A stretch of DNA of 63,852 nucleotides, counting the filler, from Octopus bimaculoides (Eukaryota): assembly GCF_001194135.2 (NCBI RefSeq). It is 6 parts of 5 records of this genome, joined end to end, with 100 filler letters (N's around TTAATTAATTAA, not from the genome) between each part and the next. Parts side by side here need not be neighbours in the genome. Positions count along the whole stretch, not along the records: positions 61,792 to 63,852 come from NW_026350900.1; 5 more parts are not named here. One strand, written 5' to 3'. The translations under genes and the position numbers were made by a program. The notes beneath the pieces were generated by a model. It was not told the origin of the DNA, made no database searches, and saw nothing but the letters and a program-made list of their open reading frames with translations. Of this stretch, positions 62,028 through 63,852 are shown piece after piece (within the stretch, counting starts at the first letter, position 1; each line of letters begins with the position of its first letter).

Positions 62028-63062
62028 GAGACTGAAGGTTTCATATTGGCGGCACAACATCAAAGCTTTCTTATCAAAAACTAACCGGCTAACGTTCTTC
62101 AAAACGGTTCTGACTCTAAACGCAGATTATGCGACACATTTGACGAGACCATCTAGTTTCGAGATGGTCTGTGCTGACACCAAACGAACACAGAAATCGC
62201 CATGATAAGGTAGGACAGTATTTACATTGGAGAATATGGAAATGCTACAGAATCAGCACTCCTGCTTGCTGGTATGAACATCATCCTGAGCCAGTCGTTG
62301 AAAGGTAAAAAAATGTCACCATCTTCTGGGATTTTCCAGTCAATACTGACAGAACGCGCCAGGCTAATCGACCAGGCATAATTATTAAAGAAAGGGAAGA
62401 AAACACTTGAAGACTAATCGTTGGCACTCCGTCGCTTACGACGTCGAGGGTTCCAGTTGGAACAGCCTGCTCGTGAAATTAACGTGCAAGTGGCTGAGCA
62501 CTCCACAGACACGTCTACCCTTAACGTAGTTCTCGGGGATATTTAGCGTGACACAGTGTGTGACAAGGCTGACCCTTTGAATTACAGGCACAATAGAAAC
62601 AAGAAGAGTGAGAGAAAGTAGTGGTGGAAGAGTACAGCAGGGTTCGCCACCATCCCCTGCCGGAGCCTCGTGGAGATTTAGGTGTTTTCGCTCAATAAAC
62701 ACTCACAACGCCCGATCTGGGAATCGAAACCGCGATCCTATGACCGCGAGTCCGCTGCCCTAACCACTGCACCATTGCGCCTCCACTGTAGACTAATAGA
62801 TATAAGTGATCCCACTGATAAAAATATATCTGTAAAGGAATTTGAGAAATTAAGTAAACATAAAAACCTGGAAATTGAAATACAAAAGATGTGGCATCTT
62901 AAAGCAAGATATGTTCCTGTTATTGTATGCGCCCTAGGTGTGACAAGAAAGGGATGTTAGAAACATCTAGATAATATCCCAGGAGAACCATGTCTCAGAG
63001 AAATCCAAAAGATTGTGCTGAAAAGTACTGCCCACGTCCTTAGAAAAACCCTATCAGTTTAA
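62028..63062 (+). mobile_element. Dong/R4-clade non-LTR retrotransposon, 5'-truncated and decayed, interrupted by SINE A
   Basis: ETEGFILAAQHQS...NGSDSKRRLC...DETI (degenerate CCHC), HDKVGQYLHW...WYEHHPEPVV, ILWDFPVNTDR..QANRP. After the SINE: RLIDISDPTDKNISVKEFEKLSK.K.LEIEIQKMWHLK...PVIV.ALG...EIQKIVL.STAHVLRK. Confidence 0.88.
62419..62786 (-). mobile_element. SINE family A, near full length, 11-bp TSD
   Basis: TSD tgaagactaat (62408-62418) / tgtagactaat (62787-62797). Confidence 0.92.
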
Positions 63063-63204
63063 ATGTATGTGTTGTATTACATGAAGAGATTTCGCTAGTC
63101 TCTGCCACTTACTTTCCCCAAGCTTTCAGTGATACTGTAACATTTCTTATCCTTCACTCGCCCTAGGGCGCTGGGTGTGCCTCGGCGAGTGATTGTAACA
63201 AACA

Positions 63205-63279
63205 GGCAGACAATCGACTTAATCTCTTCCCCCCAAATTTGAGGCCTTGTGCTTCCAGTAGAAAGGATTATCATCATCA

Positions 63280-63316
<37 letters not shown>

Positions 63317-63470
63317 CATTATTATTAGGGCAGTGAGCTGGCAGAATTGTTAGCACGCCGGTCAAAACGCTGTTCGTCTTTATGTTCTGAGTTCAAATTC
63401 CGTTGAGGTCGATGTTATCGACTTAGACCGCCCCCTCCCCACAAATTTGTTGGCCTCGTGTCAAAATTCG
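63205..63470 (+). mobile_element. Two head-to-tail SINE family B pieces separated by (ATT)n
   Basis: A 3' end (...ggccttgtgc..cagtagaaaggatt, 63205-63270), then (ATT)n, then a head agggcagtgagctggcagaattgttagcacgccgg (63327-63470). The head has an internal deletion between two ggtcga sites. Confidence 0.75.
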
Positions 63471-63852
63471 AAACCAATAACCGTACCTGAGCTCCGCTCG
63501 CGGGCCGCATTGATCGATCTTCCTAATCGTCGTCGTTCCTCGAACTCTCTTCCTTTGTACTTTACATTGTCGCTGCAACATCGGTGCACCGCTGTGCAGT
63601 TGATGTCCCATACGTTACACATGCAGGATAGTGTGTGCGAGCGTGGTGCGACGCCAGTACAGTGGAAATGAGGTACGGTTTTAGTGGTAGTTGCACATTT
63701 TCGGTGCATCAGGAGTGCAGTTTATTTGCAGAGTAATCCGAGGGTCGGTGCAGTGGTTGCAAGTTCTGATGCAATATTAAATATTAACGAGTGCAACAGT
63801 CAGTAGATACTAGTGGTGGTGGTGGTGGTAGTGGTGGTGGTGGTGGTAGTGG

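Overview
This is eukaryotic, AT-rich, repeat-dominated DNA from a fragmented short-read assembly. About 10 kb (~15%, rough tally) is N, and five N44-TTAATTAATTAA-N44 linkers break it into separately ordered pieces. The SINE families and extreme microsatellite density look like an Octopus/coleoid cephalopod genome (recognition from memory, no search run). I cannot support any intact host gene, RNA gene or CRISPR array, and nearly all ORFs in the track are microsatellite or gap artefacts. The window holds: (i) ten copies of a young tRNA-headed SINE, four with clear 8-13 bp TSDs, plus two or three other SINE families; (ii) decayed Penelope, L1/Tx1, CR1-like and Dong/R4 retroelements; (iii) Tc1/mariner remnants, including two DD36E-spaced copies and the intact left end of an IR/DR Tc1 element; (iv) hAT, mariner and Helentron-type non-autonomous elements. 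The observations most worth follow-up are a near-perfect 546-bp palindrome and other foldbacks at microsatellite edges, a Penelope-associated hammerhead-like fold with a non-canonical core, a non-coding element flanked by (TAA)n, and the DD36E transposase. None is proven to be a new biological system.
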